From IMG/VR virus record IMGVR_UViG_3300028584_001238: a DNA stretch of 64,000 nt. One strand, given 5' to 3'. Position 1 is the stretch's first letter, and every line of letters starts with the position of its first letter. The translations under genes and the position numbers were made by a program. The DNA comes from a virus. The notes below the pieces were generated by a model. That model worked only from the letters and a program-made list of their open reading frames with translations, was not told where the DNA came from and ran no database searches. This document shows positions 18,015 to 28,403 of the stretch, piece by piece.

Positions 18015-18989
18015 ATGAACTATTATAGCACCAACAAAATCAGAAAAGCTTTCATCAATACAACCAAGAATCCAAAGTTTCAAAAACAAATTTTAGCATT
18101 TTATAGTGATATGAATATTTTTGATAAGCTTAATGTTGAAAATCTTTACCTTCCAAAAGGAACAGATGAAGTTCATATCTCGCAAGATGACTTTGAGAAA
18201 ATAATTTTATTAGGTTCCATTAAACTAGAAAGAGGATTCAAATTAAAAAGAGTGGGCGTAGCCAATCCATATATATACAAAGAAATGGAACACTTCAAAG
18301 TAAATAATTTAATTGATGTTAAACGAGCCATCGCACAAAAAATGAAAGATGGCAACAGTATTAGAGTGTTAGACAGGCTTAAAAAATCAAGACTGGCGTT
18401 AAAAGATAAACATCTCAGAGAAATGCCAGAAGACATAGAACAAAAAAGAATTGTATCCATTGATTTTGAATTCTCACACAAAAAGTCGTTGATTACTGAA
18501 ATGGGGATGACCGTTAAACAAGGCGATAACATGATATCCAAACATTACCTCATTGATACCGCTTACCAGACCAAGAGTGACAGCAGTTTACAAAAAAGGT
18601 TTAGATACGGCGAAACTGAAATTATCTCATTAGACAAGATGACAGAGATTGTTAAAAATCAACTGTCCATTGCTGATTATGCTTTATTTCATTCTCATCA
18701 AGAAGATATCAAATTATTCAACATTCATGGCATATGGCTTGATGATTACAGTCAATTAAACATTTTGGATACACAAACCTTTCATGGAAAACAAAGGCCA
18801 CTTCATGAACTCTTAACTGAATATGGAATAGAGTATACAAAGAAAGAACTGCATAACAGCGGTAATGATGCATACTACACAGTAAAGTTGTTAGAGAAGT
18901 TAAATAACAAACCAACGCCAGAAGTAGTTGTTGAAATAATAACTGCAGTAGAAAATAAAGCTAAACCAAAAATAAGTATTAAACCATGA
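18015..18989 (+). CDS. DEDDh 3'-5' exonuclease domain protein
   Basis: SIDFEF (DxE), FHSHQEDI, ILDTQ, LHNSGNDAYYT (HxxxxD) motifs. Confidence 0.7.
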   Translation: MNYYSTNKIRKAFINTTKNPKFQKQILAFYSDMNIFDKLNVENLYLPKGTDEVHISQDDFEKIILLGSIKLERGFKLKRVGVANPYIYKEMEHFKVNNLIDVKRAIAQKMKDGNSIRVLDRLKKSRLALKDKHLREMPEDIEQKRIVSIDFEFSHKKSLITEMGMTVKQGDNMISKHYLIDTAYQTKSDSSLQKRFRYGETEIISLDKMTEIVKNQLSIADYALFHSHQEDIKLFNIHGIWLDDYSQLNILDTQTFHGKQRPLHELLTEYGIEYTKKELHNSGNDAYYTVKLLEKLNNKPTPEVVVEIITAVENKAKPKISIKP

Positions 18990-19073
18990 TTAAGTATCAA
19001 CATTCTTGTAGTTTGCTATAAGTATTATTGTATGCTATATAATAATATATATAAGTAAATAATTTATTTTCTA

Positions 19074-19697
19074 ATGAACTATAAAGCCATAAAAAAAGTA
19101 TTTAAATTGCTAACAATAGCAACTATTATAACCAGTATAATTGGATGTTCAAGTTTACCAAAAGAACCATATACCTATAAAAATGAATTAAAAGAATTCG
19201 AAAGTATGGATGAACTACCAGAAGGGGTATTGGAAGCTACTGGAGAAGATGGTTCGAAAATTAAAATGATTATAAATAAAAGTCATAAAATAAAATTAAT
19301 TTCAAAAGATAGTCCATTATATGACGATATTGAACAATGCAAAATTAAGCTATCAACAGATTCTGAAAAAGTTAAAGATTTATTATACAGTAATGGTGGA
19401 AAATTCGATAAGAAAATAAATACAGTTCGCAGTGACTACACATATTCATATTCTTCAAACAAAGAGTTTAAAATAGTTGTTAAAAATTGTTATAAAAACA
19501 ATGATAAATACAAATATAATATTCAAATAACACCAGAGAACTCAAATAAAGACATACCAAAAAAAATTACACATTCTATATTAGATACTTTGGGTTTTGT
19601 AATTGCTGTTCCATTTATGATTGTCGGCTATGCTATTGCTTTCCTTCTAGCTGGAATAGTAGTGTTTTCATTTAAACTAGCTGGTGTAAAATTTTAA
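19074..19697 (+). CDS. lipoprotein, paralogue 1 of 3
   Basis: Lipobox IIGC; hydrophobic C-terminus; very AT-rich. Confidence 0.65.
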   Translation: MNYKAIKKVFKLLTIATIITSIIGCSSLPKEPYTYKNELKEFESMDELPEGVLEATGEDGSKIKMIINKSHKIKLISKDSPLYDDIEQCKIKLSTDSEKVKDLLYSNGGKFDKKINTVRSDYTYSYSSNKEFKIVVKNCYKNNDKYKYNIQITPENSNKDIPKKITHSILDTLGFVIAVPFMIVGYAIAFLLAGIVVFSFKLAGVKF

Positions 19698-19710
19698 TAA
19701 GGAGATTAAA

Positions 19711-20328
19711 ATGAATTCAAAAATAAAAAATATCTTCAAGATATCAACAGTAGCAATGACAATAATGAGTATAGTTGGATGTTCTATAACTAAACCACAA
19801 CCTGAGATATATGGATATAGATTACAAGATAAACTAGAAAAAAATGAAAAAATAGTGATAACAAACGGTCAAGTAAAAGATGTGACAGTTGACGAAAAAC
19901 ACAGAATAAAAACAATAAAATTAATAAGTCAATTAATGAATAAAACTGATTGTACCAATATGGAGTGGAAAACAGTAACAGAAACAAAAATAATAATTCA
20001 AGAAACCAGTGAACCACTTATTAGTCTTAAAACGAGTGAGTCATTAACAACTTATAGCAATAAAATTTTAAATATGAAAGTAAATAGTTGTAAGAAAGCT
20101 GATGATAGTAATGAAAATAGTTATTGGTTTGAAATTAATGTGGATTCATTAGGTGATAATGTTGAAGTGAATCAAACAATGAAATCCATCAAAAAGTCAT
20201 TTGCTAAACTTGCCATGGGTGCAATAGTTGTTGTTGGAGTTGTACTAATTATACCAGTATTAATCTTAGGATTTATTTTCATATCAATTCCAGCAATGAT
20301 TGTGGGATTATTTACTGGTGGAAAATGA
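19711..20328 (+). CDS. lipoprotein, paralogue 2 of 3
   Basis: Lipobox IVGC; hydrophobic C-terminus. Confidence 0.65.
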   Translation: MNSKIKNIFKISTVAMTIMSIVGCSITKPQPEIYGYRLQDKLEKNEKIVITNGQVKDVTVDEKHRIKTIKLISQLMNKTDCTNMEWKTVTETKIIIQETSEPLISLKTSESLTTYSNKILNMKVNSCKKADDSNENSYWFEINVDSLGDNVEVNQTMKSIKKSFAKLAMGAIVVVGVVLIIPVLILGFIFISIPAMIVGLFTGGK

Positions 20329-20891
20329 TGAACTTTAAAAATAAAATCATATCTTCACTATTAATTTTATCATTAACGGGATGTTCATCAGTGCCTCACA
20401 ATAAAGCTTTAATATACGATAAAACATTGAATGCAGAAGACACTACTGGGAGTAGTGATCCAACGATTAGTGTAACTAGAGATTATAAAAGTAAAGAAAT
20501 AGAAAGAATCATAAAGAACAGTGAAACTAAAACCATTGAAGAATGTGAAATAGAAAAAAATAAAGATTTAGAAAATGTATTAAAAATATTAAATAATGAA
20601 TCAATTGAAAAATTAATAAAAAAGGAGAACGAAAATTCAGTAATATATGAAAACAAACAATTTAAAGTGTATCAAAGTAAATGTTATGAAAAGAAAGACA
20701 AACTATATGCTTATCAAATGTTTATTGACTCAAAAACAAAAGCTAGTGTAGGAACAATGGAAAGAGTAAAAGATGTCTTAATCATTGTTGCATTATCACC
20801 AATTTTCCTAGTAATGGCTGTTGTTGGTGGTGTTGTATATGTAATTGTTAATAGTGTTTTGTACTTAGAAAAAGTTGCAAGCGAACCGTAA
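20325..20891 (+). CDS. lipoprotein, paralogue 3 of 3
   Basis: Lipobox LTGC; hydrophobic C-terminus. Confidence 0.65.
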   Translation: MMNFKNKIISSLLILSLTGCSSVPHNKALIYDKTLNAEDTTGSSDPTISVTRDYKSKEIERIIKNSETKTIEECEIEKNKDLENVLKILNNESIEKLIKKENENSVIYENKQFKVYQSKCYEKKDKLYAYQMFIDSKTKASVGTMERVKDVLIIVALSPIFLVMAVVGGVVYVIVNSVLYLEKVASEP

Positions 20892-20898
20892 AACTAAG

Positions 20899-20921
20899 AA
20901 AAGGTAGCCTCGGCTACCTTT
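20899..20921. terminator. terminator between convergent genes
   Basis: aaaggtagcc-tc-ggctaccttt; near-identical hairpin recurs at about 47678-47700. Confidence 0.7.
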
Positions 20922-20942
20922 CTTGTTCTCTTCAATCACTGC

Positions 20943-21164
20943 TTACTTTTTAAACTTCTGCAGTTTCACTTGTTGATCAGCTTTATAGCAGTCCATGTCC
21001 TGATAAATGGTTTCATTACTCAACGTGGTCGCTTTCTTGTCAATGATAACCACACATTCTTTATCACCAAACGTCTTTACACGGTAAGGAATGTCAACAT
21101 CAATACCTTCTTGCTTAACCTTTACAAACTGCACATTCTTATTCAGTGGCTTACTCATTGTCAA
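20943..21164 (-). CDS. hypothetical protein
   Basis: 73-aa ORF with GGAG RBS. Confidence 0.6.
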   Translation of the reverse strand: MTMSKPLNKNVQFVKVKQEGIDVDIPYRVKTFGDKECVVIIDKKATTLSNETIYQDMDCYKADQQVKLQKFKK

Positions 21165-21188
21165 AACTCCGTATTAAATACTACCAAA

Positions 21189-21770
21189 TCAACGTGGGCT
21201 TACATGAAGGCTAGCTTGTGGAATGCCCATCAGATCGGCAATCGTCTTATCATCACCTTTCTGAGCCGAAACACCAAGGCTCATGCTTTCACCGTAGCAG
21301 TGGACTTTGATTTTACCAGCCGCTGTAAAGATGAACTTGATGAAACCAGCACTCTCACAATCGGAGCTACCCAAGAAAGCGGCTTCGGCAACAGCTTTGT
21401 GTTCCAACTCGCCAGAGAAGACAACAGCCTTACCACGCCAGATGACATATTTAGCATGTTCAACTTCATCATTGTTCTCAACACCGATGGCATTCAAGAT
21501 ATGAGTGTGATCATCACGTCGAGTACCGACACGCAATGATTCGCTTTTACCCTCGCACTTTGCTTGAATTTTATCTTCATCAAGAACAAGCTTAATAAAG
21601 CCTGCACCATGAATCAACTTGTCATGACCGAAAAGACGATGGGCCATATCGCTATGAACAATCTTTTCGTGGAACACAACAAAGCGAGATTGATGACGAA
21701 TGTATTTAGTTGGCATTGTAAAAGCTCCTAAGCTCTTTGAAAGTAAGTTATTATACCAAAGAATGACCAC
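21189..21770 (-). CDS. hypothetical protein with internal tandem domain duplication
   Basis: Two copies of KY..VVF..H..(A)GFIK..C.G.S.SL..DD; likely start MPTKY at 21716. Confidence 0.75.
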   Translation of the reverse strand: MVILWYNNLLSKSLGAFTMPTKYIRHQSRFVVFHEKIVHSDMAHRLFGHDKLIHGAGFIKLVLDEDKIQAKCEGKSESLRVGTRRDDHTHILNAIGVENNDEVEHAKYVIWRGKAVVFSGELEHKAVAEAAFLGSSDCESAGFIKFIFTAAGKIKVHCYGESMSLGVSAQKGDDKTIADLMGIPQASLHVSPR

Positions 21771-21781
21771 GTAAACAAGGT

Positions 21782-22201
21782 TTAAATACCAAATGCGGCT
21801 TGAACTTCGTTCTTGATAGACATTGGAACACCATCCGCAAAAGACATCCCGATTAGGCTATTTTTGAAAGATACAATATCACCAACCACAAAACATTCGT
21901 CTGGAACATCGCTTTCATGCTGCCAAGCATGTGGATCAAAGTCTTTATTGATCATACCTTGCGTTCTGAGATAGGTTTGATTGCCATTAATATGATATTT
22001 TTCATTATTGATTTTGGAAGCGTCAAGCATGAAGCATACTTGATGGTCGCACTGCCATTTAGAATGCTCACCAGACCAACTAGTGCCTTTCACAATAGCA
22101 CCGACTTCGGGAATAAAATGACCCCAACGGCGTTTTGTGAGTTTATTTGTTTGAAGTGCTTTGAGTGCTTGTTTAACGGTTGTCCAATGGTAGATAATCA
22201 T
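21782..22201 (-). CDS. hypothetical protein, possible ADP-ribosyltransferase-like fold
   Basis: N-terminal YHxT, central SWS, late acidic DE strand; weak pattern only. Confidence 0.35.
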   Translation of the reverse strand: MIIYHWTTVKQALKALQTNKLTKRRWGHFIPEVGAIVKGTSWSGEHSKWQCDHQVCFMLDASKINNEKYHINGNQTYLRTQGMINKDFDPHAWQHESDVPDECFVVGDIVSFKNSLIGMSFADGVPMSIKNEVQAAFGI

Positions 22202-22273
22202 GCTGATTAACTCTGTGGTTTGTGTGGATAAATTATAACAAAATTGCCAAATTTAGGCAATAAAAAAGACGCC

Positions 22274-22636
22274 TCACGACGCCATTTTTATTTGAACCTT
22301 ATCTTCTGCACCTTCCAGAAAGTTCCATACTGCGTTACGCACTGATTTTGGCAGTAGTGGCGAAGTATCTGGACGTTTCTCTTGGTCGTAAGGAATTGAA
22401 TACAATGTTTGGTCTGGCATAGCAATCATACCATCATAGTAATCAATCTTGGCCGACTGAACACCATCCGCTTCTTTTCCAACAATTTTGAGGTCATCGG
22501 TAACATAAGTGGATAGATGAGAACCGCGTTCCAAGTTCTTCTCATTGAAAATTAATACTTTACCATCATTGAAAACAACAGCGAGCACACGTTTTTCTGT
22601 GCTGAACAGTCTACTTAGCGTCTTTAACATGATCAT
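22274..22636 (-). CDS. hypothetical protein
   Basis: 120-aa ORF. Confidence 0.65.
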   Translation of the reverse strand: MIMLKTLSRLFSTEKRVLAVVFNDGKVLIFNEKNLERGSHLSTYVTDDLKIVGKEADGVQSAKIDYYDGMIAMPDQTLYSIPYDQEKRPDTSPLLPKSVRNAVWNFLEGAEDKVQIKMAS

Positions 22637-22672
22637 CTCCGAATTTTTCTCAATTATAGCATGAAGTGTTAC

Positions 22673-23254
22673 TTATTTCAACAGCATTGATAAAATATTC
22701 GTGTTTCTTTTATTCACACCACCAGAAGGAAAGATACTTTCTGTTGGAGTGACAAGCAGTAAATCATAAGCTGGGAATTGATAATTGTCTGATTTGCCAT
22801 CATTTTTGTATACAATGATAGACTGCTCATTATCAAGCTTTATTGTCAACGGTAAATTTTTTGAAATATCCATTTCAACGATTGAAAACGACACACCAGA
22901 TCGAAGGGTAAACGCTGCACCAGCATAAACTGCAGCAAGATCGAAAGGCTGTGTACCAAGTCCTCTTAACCATAAAGAACTTTCATCAATGGTGAAAGCA
23001 ACGAAGCTGCCATTAGATTTTACCAGAACAGAACCATCTTTGAAAAGGTATCCTTCTTGGTTTCTTGTGTTTATTTTTCTTTTTGCAAAAGAATCGACAG
23101 ACTCAATCAAATTTAAGCCTTCAATTTTAGAAAGGCTTAGTATTATTTGTGAATGTGTTTTTTTGTGATGCTTGGCAAGACTAATTACTTGTCCTTGTGT
23201 AATGCCATCTTCTTGATAGGTTTGCTTTGTAAATAACTCTGCTAATTGATCCAT
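22673..23254 (-). CDS. hypothetical protein
   Basis: ORF, likely start MDQLAE at 23254. Confidence 0.6.
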   Translation of the reverse strand: MDQLAELFTKQTYQEDGITQGQVISLAKHHKKTHSQIILSLSKIEGLNLIESVDSFAKRKINTRNQEGYLFKDGSVLVKSNGSFVAFTIDESSLWLRGLGTQPFDLAAVYAGAAFTLRSGVSFSIVEMDISKNLPLTIKLDNEQSIIVYKNDGKSDNYQFPAYDLLLVTPTESIFPSGGVNKRNTNILSMLLK

Positions 23255-23405
23255 AATATTATAATAGTTACGTTTGCTTATTTTCACGATAACACTAAAA
23301 ATACTTTTTTCAATAAGAAATACTCGAAATAATAAGGTTTTTAAAAGAATATTCATTATAAAAAAGAAAATCCCCACAAAAGTGAGGATTCTAAAAGATT
23401 CGTGT

Positions 23406-23648
23406 TCAAGCTGTTTGGTTAGATCCTATTCGACCATGACGAAGTGGTGTAGGAGATCCATTAAGATCCTGACTAAGATAGAACTTTCGGTATTGGATAA
23501 CTTGTTCGGCTGGATAACGCATAATACCTTCATTGACAAGGTGTTCAACAACGAAATCGTCAGTAATATCGAGTTGTGTTGTAGATAGGATGTTTTCGAT
23601 AAGAGCAAGTTGCTGGTCATTCAAATGAAGGGTATTGCGAGTGTGCAT
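23406..23648 (-). CDS. hypothetical protein
   Basis: 80-aa ORF. Confidence 0.55.
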   Translation of the reverse strand: MHTRNTLHLNDQQLALIENILSTTQLDITDDFVVEHLVNEGIMRYPAEQVIQYRKFYLSQDLNGSPTPLRHGRIGSNQTA

Positions 23649-23742
23649 TTTTTTTCCGAGGTTGATTAAGTAGTTCTCATTATAATATAAGTTTACTCAT
23701 ATTTCAAGGATACAAAAAAGCCCATCGAAATGGGCGTTGTTG

Positions 23743-24420
23743 TTAAGCAATGAATATTCCTTTTTTATTACTAGGTTCACTTGGTTTAATGTTGTTTTTA
23801 GACACTTGTGCTTCAAGTAAAAGACCTTCTTGAATTCTGCGAGATATTAGGTTATTAACGCTAACAGAAGTAGCTATTGGAAACTTATCAATCTGTTTAG
23901 CCGCTTTAATGATACCTTTGTTAGCTTCATAGTTAGTGGTTACACCGTGTTTGTTGAATAACTTAGAAAGATCCTTTTGAACAGCCTCGTAAGCTTCTAC
24001 AAACATATTATCTTTCATTTTACCCATAACACTTTCTTTTGGTATTTTCTTGATATCTTTAAAGTCAGCTTGATAGACGGCCAACCTTTTTAAGATATCT
24101 TCTTTCAATACAGCAGAAGACGAACCATCAGTAATAGGTTGAAAGCTAAGGAGTTCAGGAGGACTGTTGAGATTATTATAATGACCATCACTAATGGTTA
24201 CCGTGTTAACAACCATGCCTTCTGCCATCATAGGAAACATGTGTACTTTATGATACATATTGAAAAGCTCATACTGACCGTCATCAACAACCAACCCAAA
24301 TTTATGAAAAGTTTGTTTAAATTCATCTAAGCTGACATCTCTGTTTAAGTTCAATAAATCACTTTTTAATGCGGTTGCAGTTTCTACAAATTTATTCATG
24401 GTAACTAGCTTGTGGTTCAT
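23743..24420 (-). CDS. hypothetical protein
   Basis: 225-aa ORF. Confidence 0.7.
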   Translation of the reverse strand: MNHKLVTMNKFVETATALKSDLLNLNRDVSLDEFKQTFHKFGLVVDDGQYELFNMYHKVHMFPMMAEGMVVNTVTISDGHYNNLNSPPELLSFQPITDGSSSAVLKEDILKRLAVYQADFKDIKKIPKESVMGKMKDNMFVEAYEAVQKDLSKLFNKHGVTTNYEANKGIIKAAKQIDKFPIATSVSVNNLISRRIQEGLLLEAQVSKNNIKPSEPSNKKGIFIA

Positions 24421-24470
24421 AATAGTTCTCTTTGTTATTTTAATCTATTGTAACATATTAAAATACTATT

Positions 24471-25007
24471 TCAAAAAGAGTAATCAACACTGGCAAAGAA
24501 CTCTTTCGCTCGATTAACTGCTTCAAGCACTGTGCCATCAAAATCTTCCTCATGACTAACCACATCATCAGTGATTGATTTCTTATACTTAATTTTGATT
24601 ATCCTGAATGGACTATCAGCAGAAAAGTAAATTTTAATTGATTGAAAGTCTACGCTCACGCCGTCATGAGTTGAGAATAAAGTAAGACCACCGGAAGGTT
24701 TAAATGATTCATCAATGCTTACCTCAAAGTTTGATTTCATTCCAAGATCTAACTGAGCTTTAAATGGTACAGGATTATCAAAAGTCATCTGGTATGTCCA
24801 TGTCATCTTTGGCACATTGACATCTTTTTTAACAGCAACCGGTTTAACAACTGGTTTTAGGTCATCAAAATTCATATCGAAAGATTGACCAACAATGTCA
24901 AAAATAGAAGGCTTTGCTTTTTCAAATACACCATGCATATGGGCTTTAAAATCTTCCGCCGTTGGAAATAAATTGGCATCTGCTGATATAATTAAGTCTC
25001 TATTCAC
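24471..25007 (-). CDS. hypothetical protein, paralogue of neighbour
   Basis: Shares an N-terminal E(D/E)FK motif and C-terminal G(T/S)(V/L)xEAV..A..(F/L)F with 25004-25270. Confidence 0.7.
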   Translation of the reverse strand: MNRDLIISADANLFPTAEDFKAHMHGVFEKAKPSIFDIVGQSFDMNFDDLKPVVKPVAVKKDVNVPKMTWTYQMTFDNPVPFKAQLDLGMKSNFEVSIDESFKPSGGLTLFSTHDGVSVDFQSIKIYFSADSPFRIIKIKYKKSITDDVVSHEEDFDGTVLEAVNRAKEFFASVDYSF

Positions 25008-25270
25008 ACTGATTTCTCCATTAGGTTAGTTTTAACTTTTTGAAATAAAATAACAGCCTGATCGACAGCTTCTTTCAATGAGCCATTATAAACTGTCTCG
25101 GTTTTAAATAAAGGTTTGAAATTGTCTACATCAATATGTCTATCGACATGAAAAATAGCTGACAATTCTGTCAAAATGGTTGTAAAATTAGCAAGTACAT
25201 CTTTTTTAAATTCTTCGATTGAGCTATATGTATCAGTACTGAAATAAACTTTAATGGATTCTTCTGACAT
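25004..25270 (-). CDS. shorter paralogue of 24471-25007
   Basis: Same head (to F.D.KP) and tail, lacks about 90 internal residues. Confidence 0.65.
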   Translation of the reverse strand: MSEESIKVYFSTDTYSSIEEFKKDVLANFTTILTELSAIFHVDRHIDVDNFKPLFKTETVYNGSLKEAVDQAVILFQKVKTNLMEKSV

Positions 25271-25330
25271 AGATCACCTCGTAGTTGAAGTAGCTCGTTA
25301 TTGTATACCACCTAATAAAAACAGTCAATA

Positions 25331-25969
25331 TTAAAGTGTCAACATACTGTACACTTTCAGACGGTCTGCAAATTCTACCGAATTAAAATCATAAGCTGAT
25401 GGGATATAATATTCTGGCAACAGTTCTTTAACGTCTTCATTTGTGTTGTAAGACAGTCGAAACAAAATAACCTCATCTGAAAATGGACACATCAATTCTG
25501 ATGTTTTTAAACTATAACTGCTTTTGCCACCACCACTTGGAATATAACTATTTTCGATAAGACCTAACTCAAGGGATTTGTCAAAAAAAATCTTTAGACC
25601 AGTGATATTACCTTTCTTAGTTAAAAAAGAAGTCCTAAATTGAGCTTGTTCAATATCAAAATCATCATTAAACCTAATAAAAAAAATCGTCTTATGACTA
25701 TTAGGAAGGACAAAAGGAAATCCTGCACAATTAAATTTCAATAAATTACAAGGATTGATCTTTGACTGAAACCATTTTGAAACAGTAAAAGAATACTCAT
25801 CAACACCTTTAATAATAATATCATTACCAACGTCTGTTACATCATAATCTAGTTTAATATTGAAGTGCTGCTCTATCTTTAAAATAGAATTATAGATTTT
25901 TTCTTTAATATCTTTCTTTCTGGATTGGATATAATGTTCAAGTTCAGTCATAGGTGTGTGGTCTGTCAT
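25331..25969 (-). CDS. family B (LPE..AYDF) paralogue
   Basis: Ends ELLPEYYIPSAYDFNSVEFADRLKVYSMLTL. Confidence 0.8.
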   Translation of the reverse strand: MTDHTPMTELEHYIQSRKKDIKEKIYNSILKIEQHFNIKLDYDVTDVGNDIIIKGVDEYSFTVSKWFQSKINPCNLLKFNCAGFPFVLPNSHKTIFFIRFNDDFDIEQAQFRTSFLTKKGNITGLKIFFDKSLELGLIENSYIPSGGGKSSYSLKTSELMCPFSDEVILFRLSYNTNEDVKELLPEYYIPSAYDFNSVEFADRLKVYSMLTL

Positions 25970-25983
25970 AGTTTTTCCTTAAT

Positions 25984-26652
25984 TTAACAAATTAGCATTG
26001 AGAAGACACTCAATCGATCTGAGAAGTCTTGTGTAGTGAAATCATACGCTGATGGAATATAGTATTCTGGTAATAATTGTTTAATTTCATCATTTTGATT
26101 AAGATAAAGTTGAAAAACAACAACTTCATCAGCAAGTGGTGATATAAGGTTGCCTTTTTTTGTTTCAATTAAACTAACATCAGATCTATATGTTGATGGC
26201 TTAAATTTGATGGATTCTAATGCGAGATCTTTATTGAAAACCAATTCAATTTTCGTATAACCAGTACAATCTTTAGCCATAGACTTAAATTCGACATAGT
26301 TAATATTGAAATATCTATCAAATACTACGGTCAATACAGATTTTGAAGGTTGTGGTAAAATAAACGGAAACTGAGAGCATCTAAATTCGATTTTGATATC
26401 GGTTGTTTTATTAAAGGTTTCATAAGTTAAAGGAGTAAATATAGCATCACGTACCGCATGAATAGTAAATTTATTATCAACTAGTGTATATGTATTTTCA
26501 ATTGCTAAATTTAATAAATTTTCTATTTTCGCTAAACTTGCATGAAATTTATCTTTCACAGCTTCAAGATGATAGCGATTATAACCCCAAACAGTAACAC
26601 CAGTGGCCGGATCTAGTTCTAAAGTGGTTGACATAATATTCTCCGTAATCAA
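25984..26652 (-). CDS. family B paralogue
   Basis: Ends QLLPEYYIPSAYDFTTQDFSDRLSVFSMLIC. Confidence 0.8.
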   Translation of the reverse strand: MITENIMSTTLELDPATGVTVWGYNRYHLEAVKDKFHASLAKIENLLNLAIENTYTLVDNKFTIHAVRDAIFTPLTYETFNKTTDIKIEFRCSQFPFILPQPSKSVLTVVFDRYFNINYVEFKSMAKDCTGYTKIELVFNKDLALESIKFKPSTYRSDVSLIETKKGNLISPLADEVVVFQLYLNQNDEIKQLLPEYYIPSAYDFTTQDFSDRLSVFSMLIC

Positions 26653-27353
26653 ATTAATGACATTTGAAATAAAGTTAGTTTACGTTTAAATTCAGGTGAC
26701 GAAAAATCATAGACACCTATTACAGACAACTCAGGAAAAAGCTCATCCATCAGGGGTGTTCGGTGTGCAATTGAATTATGTAGAAACAACTCATCAGCAT
26801 AAGGGCACAACATGTTTTTACTCTTTAAACGCTCAACAGACCATCCAAAAAAATTAGAATCAACTTTATATAAATATTCAGTAAGGTTCGATTCCTGATC
26901 GAATTTTAAGTTAACTCGTTTGTTAACATTTTGATTGTCATAGACGACAGATGAATATTCGAAAGCAATTAATTCTAGATCTTCATTCACTACAACATGA
27001 AAATAAGAATGGGATCGATTAAATTTGAAATCAAATGCTCCACACTCAAATGATAAAATTCCATTGAAAGTGGCAACACAAAAAGTCTGTTCATCAACAA
27101 CTTCCTTTTTAAAACAGATTTTCATTAAAGCTATGACAAGAAAATCATTAAGTCCATCTAAAATTGAATGCGAGCCAAATTTTAATCGAGCGTTCATTTT
27201 AATACTAAGATCATCCATGATAGATTGAACTTTTATAGTAATCTCATTGATGCAGTGATCAATAAACTGGTCATAAGATGAATAGTCGTGTGGCATCAAG
27301 AATTTTTTAACAAGAGATTGCTCATTGATGTCAGTTTTCGTAACAGTTAACAT
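26649..27353 (-). CDS. family B paralogue
   Basis: Ends ELFPELSVIGVYDFSSPEFKRKLTLFQMSLI. Confidence 0.8.
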   Translation of the reverse strand: MLTVTKTDINEQSLVKKFLMPHDYSSYDQFIDHCINEITIKVQSIMDDLSIKMNARLKFGSHSILDGLNDFLVIALMKICFKKEVVDEQTFCVATFNGILSFECGAFDFKFNRSHSYFHVVVNEDLELIAFEYSSVVYDNQNVNKRVNLKFDQESNLTEYLYKVDSNFFGWSVERLKSKNMLCPYADELFLHNSIAHRTPLMDELFPELSVIGVYDFSSPEFKRKLTLFQMSLI

Positions 27354-27546
27354 ATTGATTCACCATCAGGCACAAGAAGCCCCTATAAAATTATACGAAA
27401 TTATAGCACACTTTTTAGACAAACAGAAGTAAAATTAAAAGCGAGTGAAAGATTTTTCTAGGAAAATAGAAAATAATTATAAATGTCTGTACATGTTCCT
27501 TAATTTTGTTTATAATAGACCCATCAAAACCAACGGAGATACAAAA

Positions 27547-28263
27547 ATGGGTAATCAAGTTCTAATCGCCATTCGTCATGACATTGATCGTGACAATATC
27601 CCTTTGTTTCAAGAACAACGTCGTCTTGGTCTGCATACTGCTGAGCGAGTGCCTAAGAGCTACAGCCTGACTGATAAGATTATCGTGTCCAACTATCACC
27701 ACTCTTCTGATCATGTCTGCTTGGGTGTGACCAACAAGATGATGAAGAACCTACCGGCTTATCTGGAACTCTTCCAAGGTCACATGGATGGTAAGCCACC
27801 AGATGCCTACAAAAACATGATTGATGGTTATCGCAAATATCGTTATGGCAGCGTTGCAAAATCGCGTAAGAAAGTAACGTTGGTTCCCAACGAAGGTGAA
27901 AAGGTATCTCTGTTTGGCTACCTGACAGATGAAACAAGCTCTATGCCAGAAAATGCGTTTGCTCTGATGGTTGCCGCTATTGATTCGATGTCTGGATTGG
28001 TGAACGGTCAAACTAATATTATTGGTTGGGAACAAAAACTCGATCCAACGCCTATTCACATGATCGGTACCATTGATGCGAATCAAATGGCACTTGTTGA
28101 ACTGTATGGTAATATCTTCAGTGCAACGTCAATTCCAGCCAACAAAATTGAAGAGCCTGAACATTTCACTGAAAACCGCGATCAAATCATTGCATTTGAT
28201 AAGGAATTTTTGAAATCCTATGGTTATGAGCTGACTCCGAAAAGTGCTGCTCACTTCCTGTAA
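27547..28263 (+). CDS. hypothetical protein
   Basis: Start MGNQV at 27547 after GGAG; followed by a terminator. Confidence 0.7.
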   Translation: MGNQVLIAIRHDIDRDNIPLFQEQRRLGLHTAERVPKSYSLTDKIIVSNYHHSSDHVCLGVTNKMMKNLPAYLELFQGHMDGKPPDAYKNMIDGYRKYRYGSVAKSRKKVTLVPNEGEKVSLFGYLTDETSSMPENAFALMVAAIDSMSGLVNGQTNIIGWEQKLDPTPIHMIGTIDANQMALVELYGNIFSATSIPANKIEEPEHFTENRDQIIAFDKEFLKSYGYELTPKSAAHFL

Positions 28264-28403
28264 TCAAATCACCTAAAACAGAAAGCCTCACAGTAGTGAG
28301 GCTTTTTTTTAGGCATAAAAAAACAAAAAAAAGAATTGCTATACAATATTTGTGAGTTAACATGTAATAAAACTTATGAATTGTTAAAAATTAAGGTGAT
28401 ATC

